A stretch of DNA of 64,000 bases from Deltaproteobacteria bacterium. GTDB taxonomy: Bacteria > Desulfobacterota > Syntrophia > Syntrophales > UBA8958. A program made the translations under genes and the position numbers. Of the stretch, positions 27,920-37,522 are shown in pieces; positions within the stretch are counted from its first letter, which is position 1, and every line of letters begins with the position of its first letter. The notes beneath the pieces were generated by a model, which did not search any database, was not told the origin of the DNA, and saw only the letters and a program-made list of their open reading frames with translations. The DNA lies in assembly GCA_026388335.1 (NCBI GenBank), contig JAPLJZ010000079.1, positions 2,586 through 66,585 on the forward strand, given 5' to 3'.

Positions 27920-28696
27920 ATGGACGACAAAGCAACCATAATTATCAAAAGAGGAAGAAACAAGAAACAAGAAGGCCATCATGGCGGTTCATGGAAGGTC
28001 GCCTATGCCGATTTCGTGACGGCGATGATGGCCTTCTTTCTGTTGATGTGGCTGATCTCGATGGTCTCCCCTGATAAGAAAGCGGCCGTTTCCCAATATT
28101 TCAAAGAACCGAATGTCTTTAAAGAGCAATCGTCATCGTCAGCATCAAGCAAATCAATGCTGGACAAATCCCCCAGCCCTTTGGGTATGGCGCCTCCCAT
28201 CGGGAAGGCGGGCGCTACGGATCTTGTCGCCAAGATGAAAAAATCGGTGGAGCAGAAACTTCAGAGCTCCAAGAACCAGGTCGTCATCGACATCGTCGAG
28301 GGCGGTGTCCGGATCCAATTGATCGATATGGAGGGAAGCATGATGTTTCCGGCGGGAAGCAATGATCTGAGCGCCCGGGGCAAGGAAATCATCAAGCTTG
28401 TTGCCGAGAATATCAAAGACCTTCCTAATCGCATCGCCGTCGAAGGCCATACAGACGCCGCTCCCTTTACAGCCAAAGGCGCACATGTGACCAACTGGGA
28501 ACTTTCTACCGCCAGAGCTTCTTCGGCGCGGCGGGAACTGGAAAACAACGGGATTGAACCCACTGCTATCGCCAGAGTCGTAGGATATGCTGATCAGGAA
28601 TTGTACATCAAGGAAAATCCGAACGATCCGCGGAACCGGAGAATCAGTATTATCGTTCTCCAGCCCCGGCAACAGGTCATGCAGCAATTAAGGTAG
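27920..28696 (+). CDS. motB: Flagellar stator protein MotB (OmpA-like peptidoglycan-binding C-domain)
   Basis: 258 aa. It has a TM helix with the conserved Asp (WKVAYADFVTAMMAFFLLMWL) and an OmpA-like C-terminus (AVEGHTD...NWELSTARASSARREL...NRRISI). Confidence 0.9.
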   Translation: MDDKATIIIKRGRNKKQEGHHGGSWKVAYADFVTAMMAFFLLMWLISMVSPDKKAAVSQYFKEPNVFKEQSSSSASSKSMLDKSPSPLGMAPPIGKAGATDLVAKMKKSVEQKLQSSKNQVVIDIVEGGVRIQLIDMEGSMMFPAGSNDLSARGKEIIKLVAENIKDLPNRIAVEGHTDAAPFTAKGAHVTNWELSTARASSARRELENNGIEPTAIARVVGYADQELYIKENPNDPRNRRISIIVLQPRQQVMQQLR

Positions 28697-28735
28697 GGCA
28701 GACGCTCACTTCCGCTTCCCTTCGCATCATTACTT

Positions 28736-29203
28736 TTAGGTGCTCTCAGTCAGACAGACATCAACAACAAAAGGGCCGTGATCGGTGGTGAAGGGGATAA
28801 TGATGCTTGGCCCCCCCATGACGTGGACAATCGAGTGGCCCTTCCCGGAAACCACCGTGGGAATGGCGGCGGAGATGGTAAAGCCTTCAGCTTCCAATCT
28901 TTTCCGCGCCGACCCGGACACCATATTTGTAATCTCACCGACGGCGTCCTTAATATCTCCGTTAATCTCTTTAATCTCCTCACCAAGCATGTTGGAGACG
29001 ATCCTGACGATGCAGGATTCAGAAAAAGTCAATGCCAGAGACCCTTTTGCCGCCCCCGTCATACCGATAATTGCCGATATGTCGCCCTTGGCATAGTTGT
29101 CCTTTTTAAGATAGGGCTTACCCGGAGTTGGTTCAACAAAGGCCATCGTTTTCAACACATCGATGGTCGCTTCTAAAAAAGGATTGATAAATTTGACGTT
29201 CAT
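28736..29203 (-). CDS. cheX: CheY-P phosphatase CheX
   Basis: 155 aa with the CheX-type ExxN motif (AVGEITNMVSG) and an N-terminus reading FINPFLEATIDVLKTM. Confidence 0.8.
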   Translation of the reverse strand: MNVKFINPFLEATIDVLKTMAFVEPTPGKPYLKKDNYAKGDISAIIGMTGAAKGSLALTFSESCIVRIVSNMLGEEIKEINGDIKDAVGEITNMVSGSARKRLEAEGFTISAAIPTVVSGKGHSIVHVMGGPSIIIPFTTDHGPFVVDVCLTEST

Positions 29204-29226
29204 AGCGTTACTCGCCTCTATTCCCC

Positions 29227-29604
29227 TTATTTTTCCATAATTTTCGTTATTTTTTCATTCAGCGTCTCGGCGGTAAACGGCTTCACAATATAATTGCTGA
29301 CCCCGGCCTTGACTGCGGCAACAACGTTTTCCTGAAGCGACTCGGCCGTAATCATAAGAAATGGCGTCTTTCCGATTTCAGGGTCGGCCCGCACCGCTTT
29401 GAGAAGTTCATAACCCGTCATGTTCGGCATGTTCCAGTCGCTGATCACAAAATCAATCTTTTGTGATTTCAAAATATTTAAGGCCACGACGCCGTCTTCC
29501 GCTTCCACAATATTCTCGTATTGAACCTGTTTGAGAATGTTCCTGATGACTTTCCTCATCGTGGCAAAATCATCAACAACAAGTATCTTAATGTTTTTAT
29601 CCAT
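29227..29604 (-). CDS. cheY: Chemotaxis response regulator CheY
   Basis: 125-aa single REC domain (ILVVDD, VISDWNMP, VKPF). Confidence 0.9.
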   Translation of the reverse strand: MDKNIKILVVDDFATMRKVIRNILKQVQYENIVEAEDGVVALNILKSQKIDFVISDWNMPNMTGYELLKAVRADPEIGKTPFLMITAESLQENVVAAVKAGVSNYIVKPFTAETLNEKITKIMEK

Positions 29605-29641
29605 GGCTCCTCCCGAACACTTTATATTCTTCCATTCTTTA

Positions 29642-30109
29642 TCAGCACTGCTGCTGATATATGATCATTTCCACGCGCAAGGGAATATGGCCGGACTCGA
29701 AATTTAGATCGAGTTTATAAATTTGCCTCTGGCCGTCAAGTTCACTTCCGCCCTTCCCGATGACGGCTTTTGGCAACGTCATATGAAACAGTTTGTCAGC
29801 GTTGTGTTTTTGCAGAAAATTACCGCAGAGCATATTGAGGCATTCTCTCCGGCAATCCGCCAGGATCTGGTCGGACATTTCCTGATCATCCATTCCCAGG
29901 GCGTTTGCCGCCATCATCATCGACAATTCCTGAGGAAATCGAGCAATGATGCTTCCAGCTATATCGCCGGAAAAGCCAATCTCGACGGCGCTGAAATCTT
30001 TCCCGGCGGCTTCACCTTCTACCGGTTCCAGAAATATATAATACATTTTTTCAAATACTTCGAAAACCGCCTTCAGCAGGTTTTGTCTCAATATCTTGTT
30101 CTGTTCCAT
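29642..30109 (-). CDS. Divergent CheX/CheC-like domain protein
   Basis: 155 aa with an ExxN-like motif (RRECLNMLCGN) in a CheX-length protein, inside the che operon. Confidence 0.5.
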   Translation of the reverse strand: MEQNKILRQNLLKAVFEVFEKMYYIFLEPVEGEAAGKDFSAVEIGFSGDIAGSIIARFPQELSMMMAANALGMDDQEMSDQILADCRRECLNMLCGNFLQKHNADKLFHMTLPKAVIGKGGSELDGQRQIYKLDLNFESGHIPLRVEMIIYQQQC

Positions 30110-30147
30110 ATTCGGATGCGCCTCAGTTATATTGGTTGATTATAAGA

Positions 30148-30993
30148 TTATTTATCAACAATACGCAACAATTCATTTGCCTGTTTTAACTGCTCCAGGA
30201 GCATGAGCATACACTTTTCGATGTCGGATTCCCTTAATTGAAATTTATTCGTCACCTCGCTGAATCCCCGGTGGGCAAGGCCATCCATCCCGCCGTCGAT
30301 ACCCATCGTCAGGCAGAACTGATCGGACAGGTAGATGAGACTGATTAATACCTTCCCTTCGGGATCGATAAGATTAGGGCGATGATGCAAGGCGATGGCA
30401 TCTCTGATTTCCGCAGGGAAGTTCCAGTATTCGGCGATCCGCCCGCCAAGATCTGCGTGATTGATGCCAACAACCTCTTCCTCAGCCTCAAGAAACGAAT
30501 AAGCGTGATTATTTACAAGTTCGAAGATCTTTTTGGACGCATCCTGCACGTACTCGCCCATCACCAATTTCCCTACATCGTGGAGCAGGGCTGCCGTATA
30601 AAGAACGGAATTTTCCTGTTGGTACATCTGACGCGACAAAATCTGCGACATCAGGGCAACGGCCACCGAATGCTCCCATAGCTCGCTGGCTTTATCGCCA
30701 TAACCCTTATTTGTAAAGAACTTCGAGATGCTTGCCGTCTGAATGGCGCGGACGAGATGCTGTTGCCCCAAATAGACGACGGCGTCATGAATGGTCTTGA
30801 TTTTTTGACGGACACCAAAATAAGCGGAATTACTTATTTTAAGGATATTTGCGGTGACAGCCTGGTCGAATTTAATGACCGCTACGATTTCATTGACCGA
30901 ATAGTCCTCATTTTTAAGAAGTTCGGCTACCCGCTGTACAGTCGCCGGAAAGGCCGGCAATTTATTAATTGAAAGGAGGATTCTGTCGAGCAT
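30148..30993 (-). CDS. HDOD-domain signalling protein
   Basis: 281 aa with an HDOD N-terminal pattern (LPAFPATVQRVAELLKNEDYSVNEIVAVIKFDQAVTANILKISNSAYFG) and LLHDVGKLV. Confidence 0.85.
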   Translation of the reverse strand: MLDRILLSINKLPAFPATVQRVAELLKNEDYSVNEIVAVIKFDQAVTANILKISNSAYFGVRQKIKTIHDAVVYLGQQHLVRAIQTASISKFFTNKGYGDKASELWEHSVAVALMSQILSRQMYQQENSVLYTAALLHDVGKLVMGEYVQDASKKIFELVNNHAYSFLEAEEEVVGINHADLGGRIAEYWNFPAEIRDAIALHHRPNLIDPEGKVLISLIYLSDQFCLTMGIDGGMDGLAHRGFSEVTNKFQLRESDIEKCMLMLLEQLKQANELLRIVDK

Positions 30994-31475
30994 TATAACT
31001 CCTCTACCGCTCCACCAGAAGATCTAACGAAGCACTTGCCGTCGGCAAGCTGGAGCTTAACCGTACGGTTACAGTTTTTCCCGGTGTCTTCTGCTTTGAT
31101 TAGTACATTGTTTTTCCAGAATAATTTTCTCATCGCGGTGATGTTCTTTTGTCCGATGCGAAAATAATCCGCATCGTTGAGAATACTTGCCCCACCGGCA
31201 ATCTTTACGATCATTCGCTTCTTTTCCGCGCCTAACTGATAGCAGCTCTTGAAGAGCAAGGGAACCCCCGTATCGGCAAACATACCCGGTAATGCAGCCG
31301 CCTTGGTTTTATCCAGCGTTGAATCTGGAAGCATGAAATGCAGCATGCCCCCCACTCGCGCCATCGGGTCATAGATGACAACGGCGATACAAGAACCCAA
31401 AGCATAGGTTATAATAACATCATTCTGTTGTCCGCTGCACTTCAGGTCTGAAATTCCTACAACAAGATCAGCCAT
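30993..31475 (-). CDS. cheD: Chemoreceptor glutamine deamidase CheD
   Basis: 160 aa with the CheD core (YALGSCIAVVIYDPMARVGGMLHFMLPDS). Confidence 0.9.
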   Translation of the reverse strand: MADLVVGISDLKCSGQQNDVIITYALGSCIAVVIYDPMARVGGMLHFMLPDSTLDKTKAAALPGMFADTGVPLLFKSCYQLGAEKKRMIVKIAGGASILNDADYFRIGQKNITAMRKLFWKNNVLIKAEDTGKNCNRTVKLQLADGKCFVRSSGGAVEEL

Positions 31476-31516
31476 AATTGAAATATTACAATTCCTTTCC
31501 TCACGCCCGATCCGTA

Positions 31517-31544
31517 ATCAATGAGAAACATGTTTCTCATTGAT
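31517..31544. promoter_or_regulatory. Perfect 28-bp palindrome in the cheD leader
   Basis: ATCAATGAGAAACA|TGTTTCTCATTGAT. It lies between the sigma-54 promoter at 31625-31640 and the cheD start at 31475. Confidence 0.5.
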
Positions 31545-31624
31545 ATGAAGAAATCGCTTCCATCTGAATTGATCACCGAGAAACGACCATGAGCGGATCT
31601 GCATCGCAATTCTGTCTCACGAAA

Positions 31625-31640
31625 TGCAAATTTAAGGCCA
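31625..31640 (-). promoter_or_regulatory. Sigma-54 promoter for the cheD-HDOD-cheX-like-cheY-cheX operon
   Basis: Reverse strand reads TGGCCTTAAATTTGCA. It lies about 150 nt upstream of cheD and 18 nt downstream of the activator gene stop. Confidence 0.7.
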
Positions 31641-31657
31641 GATATAATGAAAGGTAG

Positions 31658-33025
31658 TTACAGCCTTTTGAGTTTCTCAACAAGAGTGGTGCGATTCAGA
31701 TTGAGCATCTTTGCCGCCCGGTTTTTTACACCGCCGCATTTGTCAAGGGCTTTTAAAAGGAGATCCTTTTCAAACTGAACGACCATGTTGTTGAAATCAA
31801 CTCCTTCCTCCGGAAAATCACCGCTGTATTGGGTGGAGGCGGGAATCCTTCTCTGAGCTATCTTGTTCGGTAAATCCTCGATGCCAATGTCACCCTCTTC
31901 TTTCATGACCACAAGCATCTCGATCAAGTTCTCCAGTTCTCTCACGTTACCCGGCCAGGGGTATTCCATAAGCATGTTCATCACCGCCGGGGCAATACGT
32001 TGTACATCCTTCTTCTTTAATTTGTTGACCTTCTTCAAGAAATGATTTGCCAAAATCGGCAGGTCCATCCCCCTTTCTCTGAGGGGGGGCAAATAAATAG
32101 GGATGACATTGATGCGATAAAAAAGGTCTTCCCGGAATCGCTTCTCTTCGACAAGTTTTTCCAGATCCTGGTTCGTCGCGGCAATAATTCTGACATCGGC
32201 GTTGATGGTTTTGACGCCCCCGATTCTTTCAAACTGCTTCTCCTGAATCACCCTTAACAACTTCACCTGCAGGGCGGGACTCATGTCTCCTATTTCGTCG
32301 AGGAAGATCGTGCCCCCCTGGGCAAGTTCGAATCTGCCGATTCTGGTTCGGATCGCCCCGGTGAAGGCCCCCTTTTCGTGGCCAAACAGCTCACTCTCCA
32401 GGAGTTCTTCCGGAATGGCACCGCAATTGACCGGAACAAGAGGTTTATCTTTTCGCTCGCTATTGAAATGAATTGCCCGGGCGACCAGTTCTTTTCCGGT
32501 GCCGCTATCGCCGTGAATGAGGACGGTACTATCCGTCGTCGCCACCTTCTCTATTTTTTCAAATACTTTCTTCATCGGTTCGCTGTATCCGATCATTTTA
32601 CCAAAATCGGGGTGATTCTTCAATCGACCCTTGAGGAGAACATTTTCTTCCTTCAGTTTTACATAGGATAACGCCCGCTCGATGGTAATTTTGACAAGAT
32701 CGTTTTTAAGAGGCTTGGTGACGTAGTCAAAAGCGCCCATCTTCATGGCGTCAACAGCGGAGTGGACACTGGCGTAGCCCGTGACGAGAATCACGAGATT
32801 ATTCTGGTTCATTTCCTTGACAAACCGCAACAATTCAAGACCATCCGCGTTGGGCATCCGCAGATCGGTGATCACGAGATCATAGCGGTCTCTCACAAAT
32901 TCCTCCATGCCCTGTTTTCCATCTGCCACGGCCTTGGCGAGGTAACCGCTTTCCTCGACAAGATCCACTAAATTCTGACGATTGAGTTCATCGTCTTCGG
33001 CAATGAGAATCCTGAATGCTTTCAT
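31658..33025 (-). CDS. Sigma-54-dependent response regulator (NtrC family) embedded in the che locus
   Basis: 455 aa with REC (ILIAEDD...VITDLRMP), Walker A GDSGTGKE, GAFTGA and a C-terminal HTH (AAKMLNLNRTTLVEKLK). Confidence 0.9.
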   Translation of the reverse strand: MKAFRILIAEDDELNRQNLVDLVEESGYLAKAVADGKQGMEEFVRDRYDLVITDLRMPNADGLELLRFVKEMNQNNLVILVTGYASVHSAVDAMKMGAFDYVTKPLKNDLVKITIERALSYVKLKEENVLLKGRLKNHPDFGKMIGYSEPMKKVFEKIEKVATTDSTVLIHGDSGTGKELVARAIHFNSERKDKPLVPVNCGAIPEELLESELFGHEKGAFTGAIRTRIGRFELAQGGTIFLDEIGDMSPALQVKLLRVIQEKQFERIGGVKTINADVRIIAATNQDLEKLVEEKRFREDLFYRINVIPIYLPPLRERGMDLPILANHFLKKVNKLKKKDVQRIAPAVMNMLMEYPWPGNVRELENLIEMLVVMKEEGDIGIEDLPNKIAQRRIPASTQYSGDFPEEGVDFNNMVVQFEKDLLLKALDKCGGVKNRAAKMLNLNRTTLVEKLKRL

Positions 33026-33214
33026 AAAGATCTTTCTTTCCTTTGTTTATGCCGGAAGGACGTCAATAGTCTGACATCTTCTGTCAAAATATCACGCAAA
33101 GTCAAGAATTTTTTACTGAGAGCACTTAGTTGGGGCAGGTCTCGCTTGTGCCTTCCAGGGTATGAAGGGGTATTCAGGGAGATTTTACAATCCCGTTGAA
33201 TTGACGGCACGTCA

Positions 33215-33230
33215 TGGCCTTGATTTTGCA
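33215..33230 (+). promoter_or_regulatory. Sigma-54 promoter for mcp-cheR-cheY-cheB-cheA-cheW
   Basis: TGGCCTTGATTTTGCA lies 66 nt upstream of the MCP ATG. It closely resembles the promoter at 31625-31640. Confidence 0.75.
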
Positions 33231-33295
33231 AACATCCTCAGGACGGAGCAATCCATGCGGGGCAAACAAACCTATGAAGGAGAATTAAATTATAT

Positions 33296-35191
33296 ATGAA
33301 AAGATCCTCGTTGCGCACAAAACTTTTAACGGGAGGTATCCTGATCGTCCTTATACCACTTCTCGTGGTCGGCATTTTTTCGGCCTACAAATCATCTACG
33401 GCCCTTCAGGAAATTTCCCTCGAACAATCTGTTAATGTAGCCAAAAACCTCTCCGCCATGGTCCAGATGACCCTGGCGGAAGAAATCAAGATGCTGACGG
33501 CCTTCTCCGTTGACCCGGCCTTTATTGACGCTACGGGTGGAAACAGTGACCTCGCCGCCGCTAAGCTCACGGAGATGATGAAAAAAATCGGCGGTGAATA
33601 TGAAGTCCTCTTTGTGGCCGATGCAACGGGCCTCATTAAGGCAGACGGCATCGGAGGATCATACAACGGCATCAACATCGGGGAACGGGATTATTTTGTC
33701 ACGGCCAAGGCCGGTAAAGCCAACGTCGGGACGGTGATCAAGTCGAAAAAGACGGGATACCCCGTCGCCGTGGTCGCCGCCCCCGTTTATAAGGACGGCA
33801 ATTTTTCCGGTATCATCGCCGCGGCCATGAAAGTCGACACCTTGATCGAAAAAATCTCCTCGATTAAAATCGGCAAGACCGGGTATGCCTTTATGACGGA
33901 TAAAACGGGCCTTGTCATCGCCCATCCCAAAAAGGAATTCGTTCTCGAACTGAATATGAGAAACATCCAGGGCATGGAAAATATCACCAAAAGAATGCTC
34001 GCCTTTGAGACGGCCTCGGATCATTATGTATTCAAGGGTGTGAACAAGATTGCCGGCTTTGCCCCCGTGGAAATTTCAAGCTGGGCTATCGGCGTCACCC
34101 AGGATGAAGCGGAATTTCTTGGGGCCGCCCATGCAATCCGCAATGTTATATTTATCTTCGCCGGCGTATTTCTTCTCCTCACCGTGGTGGGCGTTCTCTA
34201 TTTTGCCAGAGGCATTACCCTTCCTATCGGTAAGGCGACGGCAGAACTGACCGAAGCCTCTACGCAGGTAGCCGCAGCCTCAAGCCAGGTAGCCACCGCC
34301 AGCCAGTCTCTCGCCGAAGGGGCCTCCGAACAGGCCTCGGCCCTCGAAGAGACATCCTCTTCCCTGGAAGAAATGTCTTCCATGACCAAGCAGAACGCCG
34401 GCAACGCCTCTCAGGCGGACAGTCTTATGAAACAGGCCAATTCTGTGGTCAAGAGGGCCAACGACTCCATGGCCGAACTTACCCGTTCGATGGGAGACAT
34501 CTCCGCGGCAAGCATGGAGACATCGAAGATCATCAAAACCATCGATGAGATCGCCTTCCAGACGAATCTGCTGGCCCTGAACGCCGCTGTGGAAGCGGCA
34601 AGGGCCGGGGAAGCGGGGGCCGGTTTCGCCGTCGTCGCCGAAGAAGTCAGAAATCTGGCCATGCGGGCGGCGGAAGCGGCAAAGAATACCTCCGCCCTTA
34701 TCGAAACCACGGTAATCAAGATCAAGGACGGCTCCAATCTCGTATCCAAGACGAACGAGGCATTCCTGGAAGTAGCGGCGAGCGCCTCCAAGGTCGGCGA
34801 ACTGGTCGGCGAGATTTCCGCAGCCTCCAATGAACAAGCTCAGGGCATTGACCAGATCACCAAGGCGGTCGCGGAAATGGACAAGGTAACCCAGGAGACG
34901 GCTGCCAGCGCGGAAGAATCCGCCTCCGCGTCCGAAGAAATGAACGCCCAGGCGGAACAGATGAAGCATGTCACCGCGGAATTGACGAATATCATCGGGG
35001 GGAATACGGAACACATGCACAGCGCCGCTTCCGGCGCTGCCGGAGCGAGGACGTCGGGATTGCGCAAGGTCCTCCGCCTTACCGGGGCCAGCGGGAAAGA
35101 TAAATCGCCGGCTCATCATTCCAGCGCCATGAAAGGGCGGCAGGTAACGAAGCATAGTTCTATTGACGATAGTAATTTCTCGGACTTCTGA
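33296..35191 (+). CDS. Methyl-accepting chemotaxis protein with a periplasmic Cache-type sensor
   Basis: 631 aa. A TM segment is followed by a roughly 250-aa Cache-like region ([12 protein letters not shown]...[16 protein letters not shown]) and a second TM segment. The MCP signalling hairpin reads [40 protein letters not shown]. The C-terminus is NFSDF. Confidence 0.9.
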   Translation: MKRSSLRTKLLTGGILIVLIPLLVVGIFSAYKSSTALQEISLEQSVNVAKNLSAMVQMTLAEEIKMLTAFSVDPAFIDATGGNSDLAAAKLTEMMKKIGGEYEVLFVADATGLIKADGIGGSYNGINIGERDYFVTAKAGKANVGTVIKSKKTGYPVAVVAAPVYKDGNFSGIIAAAMKVDTLIEKISSIKIGKTGYAFMTDKTGLVIAHPKKEFVLELNMRNIQGMENITKRMLAFETASDHYVFKGVNKIAGFAPVEISSWAIGVTQDEAEFLGAAHAIRNVIFIFAGVFLLLTVVGVLYFARGITLPIGKATAELTEASTQVAAASSQVATASQSLAEGASEQASALEETSSSLEEMSSMTKQNAGNASQADSLMKQANSVVKRANDSMAELTRSMGDISAASMETSKIIKTIDEIAFQTNLLALNAAVEAARAGEAGAGFAVVAEEVRNLAMRAAEAAKNTSALIETTVIKIKDGSNLVSKTNEAFLEVAASASKVGELVGEISAASNEQAQGIDQITKAVAEMDKVTQETAASAEESASASEEMNAQAEQMKHVTAELTNIIGGNTEHMHSAASGAAGARTSGLRKVLRLTGASGKDKSPAHHSSAMKGRQVTKHSSIDDSNFSDF

Positions 35192-35192
35192 T

Positions 35193-36005
35193 ATGCAATT
35201 GATGAATGCCGACTTGAAAGACAGTGATTTTGACCGGATTAGCAAGCTTGTTTACGAGCAGTGCGGAATCCATCTGCACGATGGGAAAAAAGAGCTTGTC
35301 AAGGCCCGGTTGGGAAAGCGTCTCCGGGAAGGCAATTTCAGATCCTTTGCCGATTATTACGGGTATGTGACGACCCGTGAAGGTCAGGAGGAATTGATCA
35401 CCATGATCGATTCCATCTCCACTAACCTGACCTATTTTTTCAGAGAAGAGAGCCACTTCCGAAAGTTGGAGAAGATTTTACCGAAATTGTCGGAAAATAA
35501 AAAACTCAACCTCTGGTGCGCCGGATGCTCTACGGGAGAAGAGCCCTATTCCATAGCCATGATCGTCAGGGAACAAGTCAACGTCAGCGCCGTCAATGTC
35601 AAAATATTGGCGACGGACATCTCGACTAAGGTCCTGAAAACGGCCCAGGCTGCCGTTTATCCGACCGAAAGAACCGACAAGATCCCCCAACCCCTTTTAA
35701 GGAAATATTTCCAGTACGGCACCGGCCCTTCTGCAGGGCTCTACCGGGTGAAAAAGGATCTCCGCGACCTGATAGAATTCCGACGCTTGAACCTCATTGA
35801 ACCGTTTCCGCAACAATTCCGGTTCGATGTCATCTTTTGCCGGAATGTCATGATCTATTTCGATAAGGCTACCCAAAGCGTCCTGGTCAATAAATATTAC
35901 GAACACCTGGAAAAAGGCGGTTATTTATTCGTCGGTCATTCAGAAAGCCTCACGGGATTGTCCCATCCCTTCAAGTATTCTGAACCGAGCATCTATAAAA
36001 AATGA
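35193..36005 (+). CDS. cheR: Chemotaxis methyltransferase CheR
   Basis: I chose the start at 35193 (MQLMNADL...), 1 nt after the MCP stop. The SAM-binding motif is LWCAGCSTGEEPYSIAM. Confidence 0.9.
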   Translation: MQLMNADLKDSDFDRISKLVYEQCGIHLHDGKKELVKARLGKRLREGNFRSFADYYGYVTTREGQEELITMIDSISTNLTYFFREESHFRKLEKILPKLSENKKLNLWCAGCSTGEEPYSIAMIVREQVNVSAVNVKILATDISTKVLKTAQAAVYPTERTDKIPQPLLRKYFQYGTGPSAGLYRVKKDLRDLIEFRRLNLIEPFPQQFRFDVIFCRNVMIYFDKATQSVLVNKYYEHLEKGGYLFVGHSESLTGLSHPFKYSEPSIYKK

Positions 36006-36027
36006 CGGAAGGATCGGTATCGAGCCC

Positions 36028-37520
<1,493 letters not shown>

Positions 37521-37522
37521 AC

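Noticed and set aside
28154-28687. 177-aa minus-strand ORF
   Set aside because: It is antisense to motB, whose TM-Asp and OmpA-like motifs are clear.
34280-35245. 321-aa minus-strand ORF, with others at 33659..34024 and 34411..34830
   Set aside because: These are antisense shadow ORFs of the Ala/Glu-rich MCP signalling domain. They are Arg/Gly-rich and lack motifs. The same pattern recurs opposite the other MCPs (41913..42557, 43792..44529).
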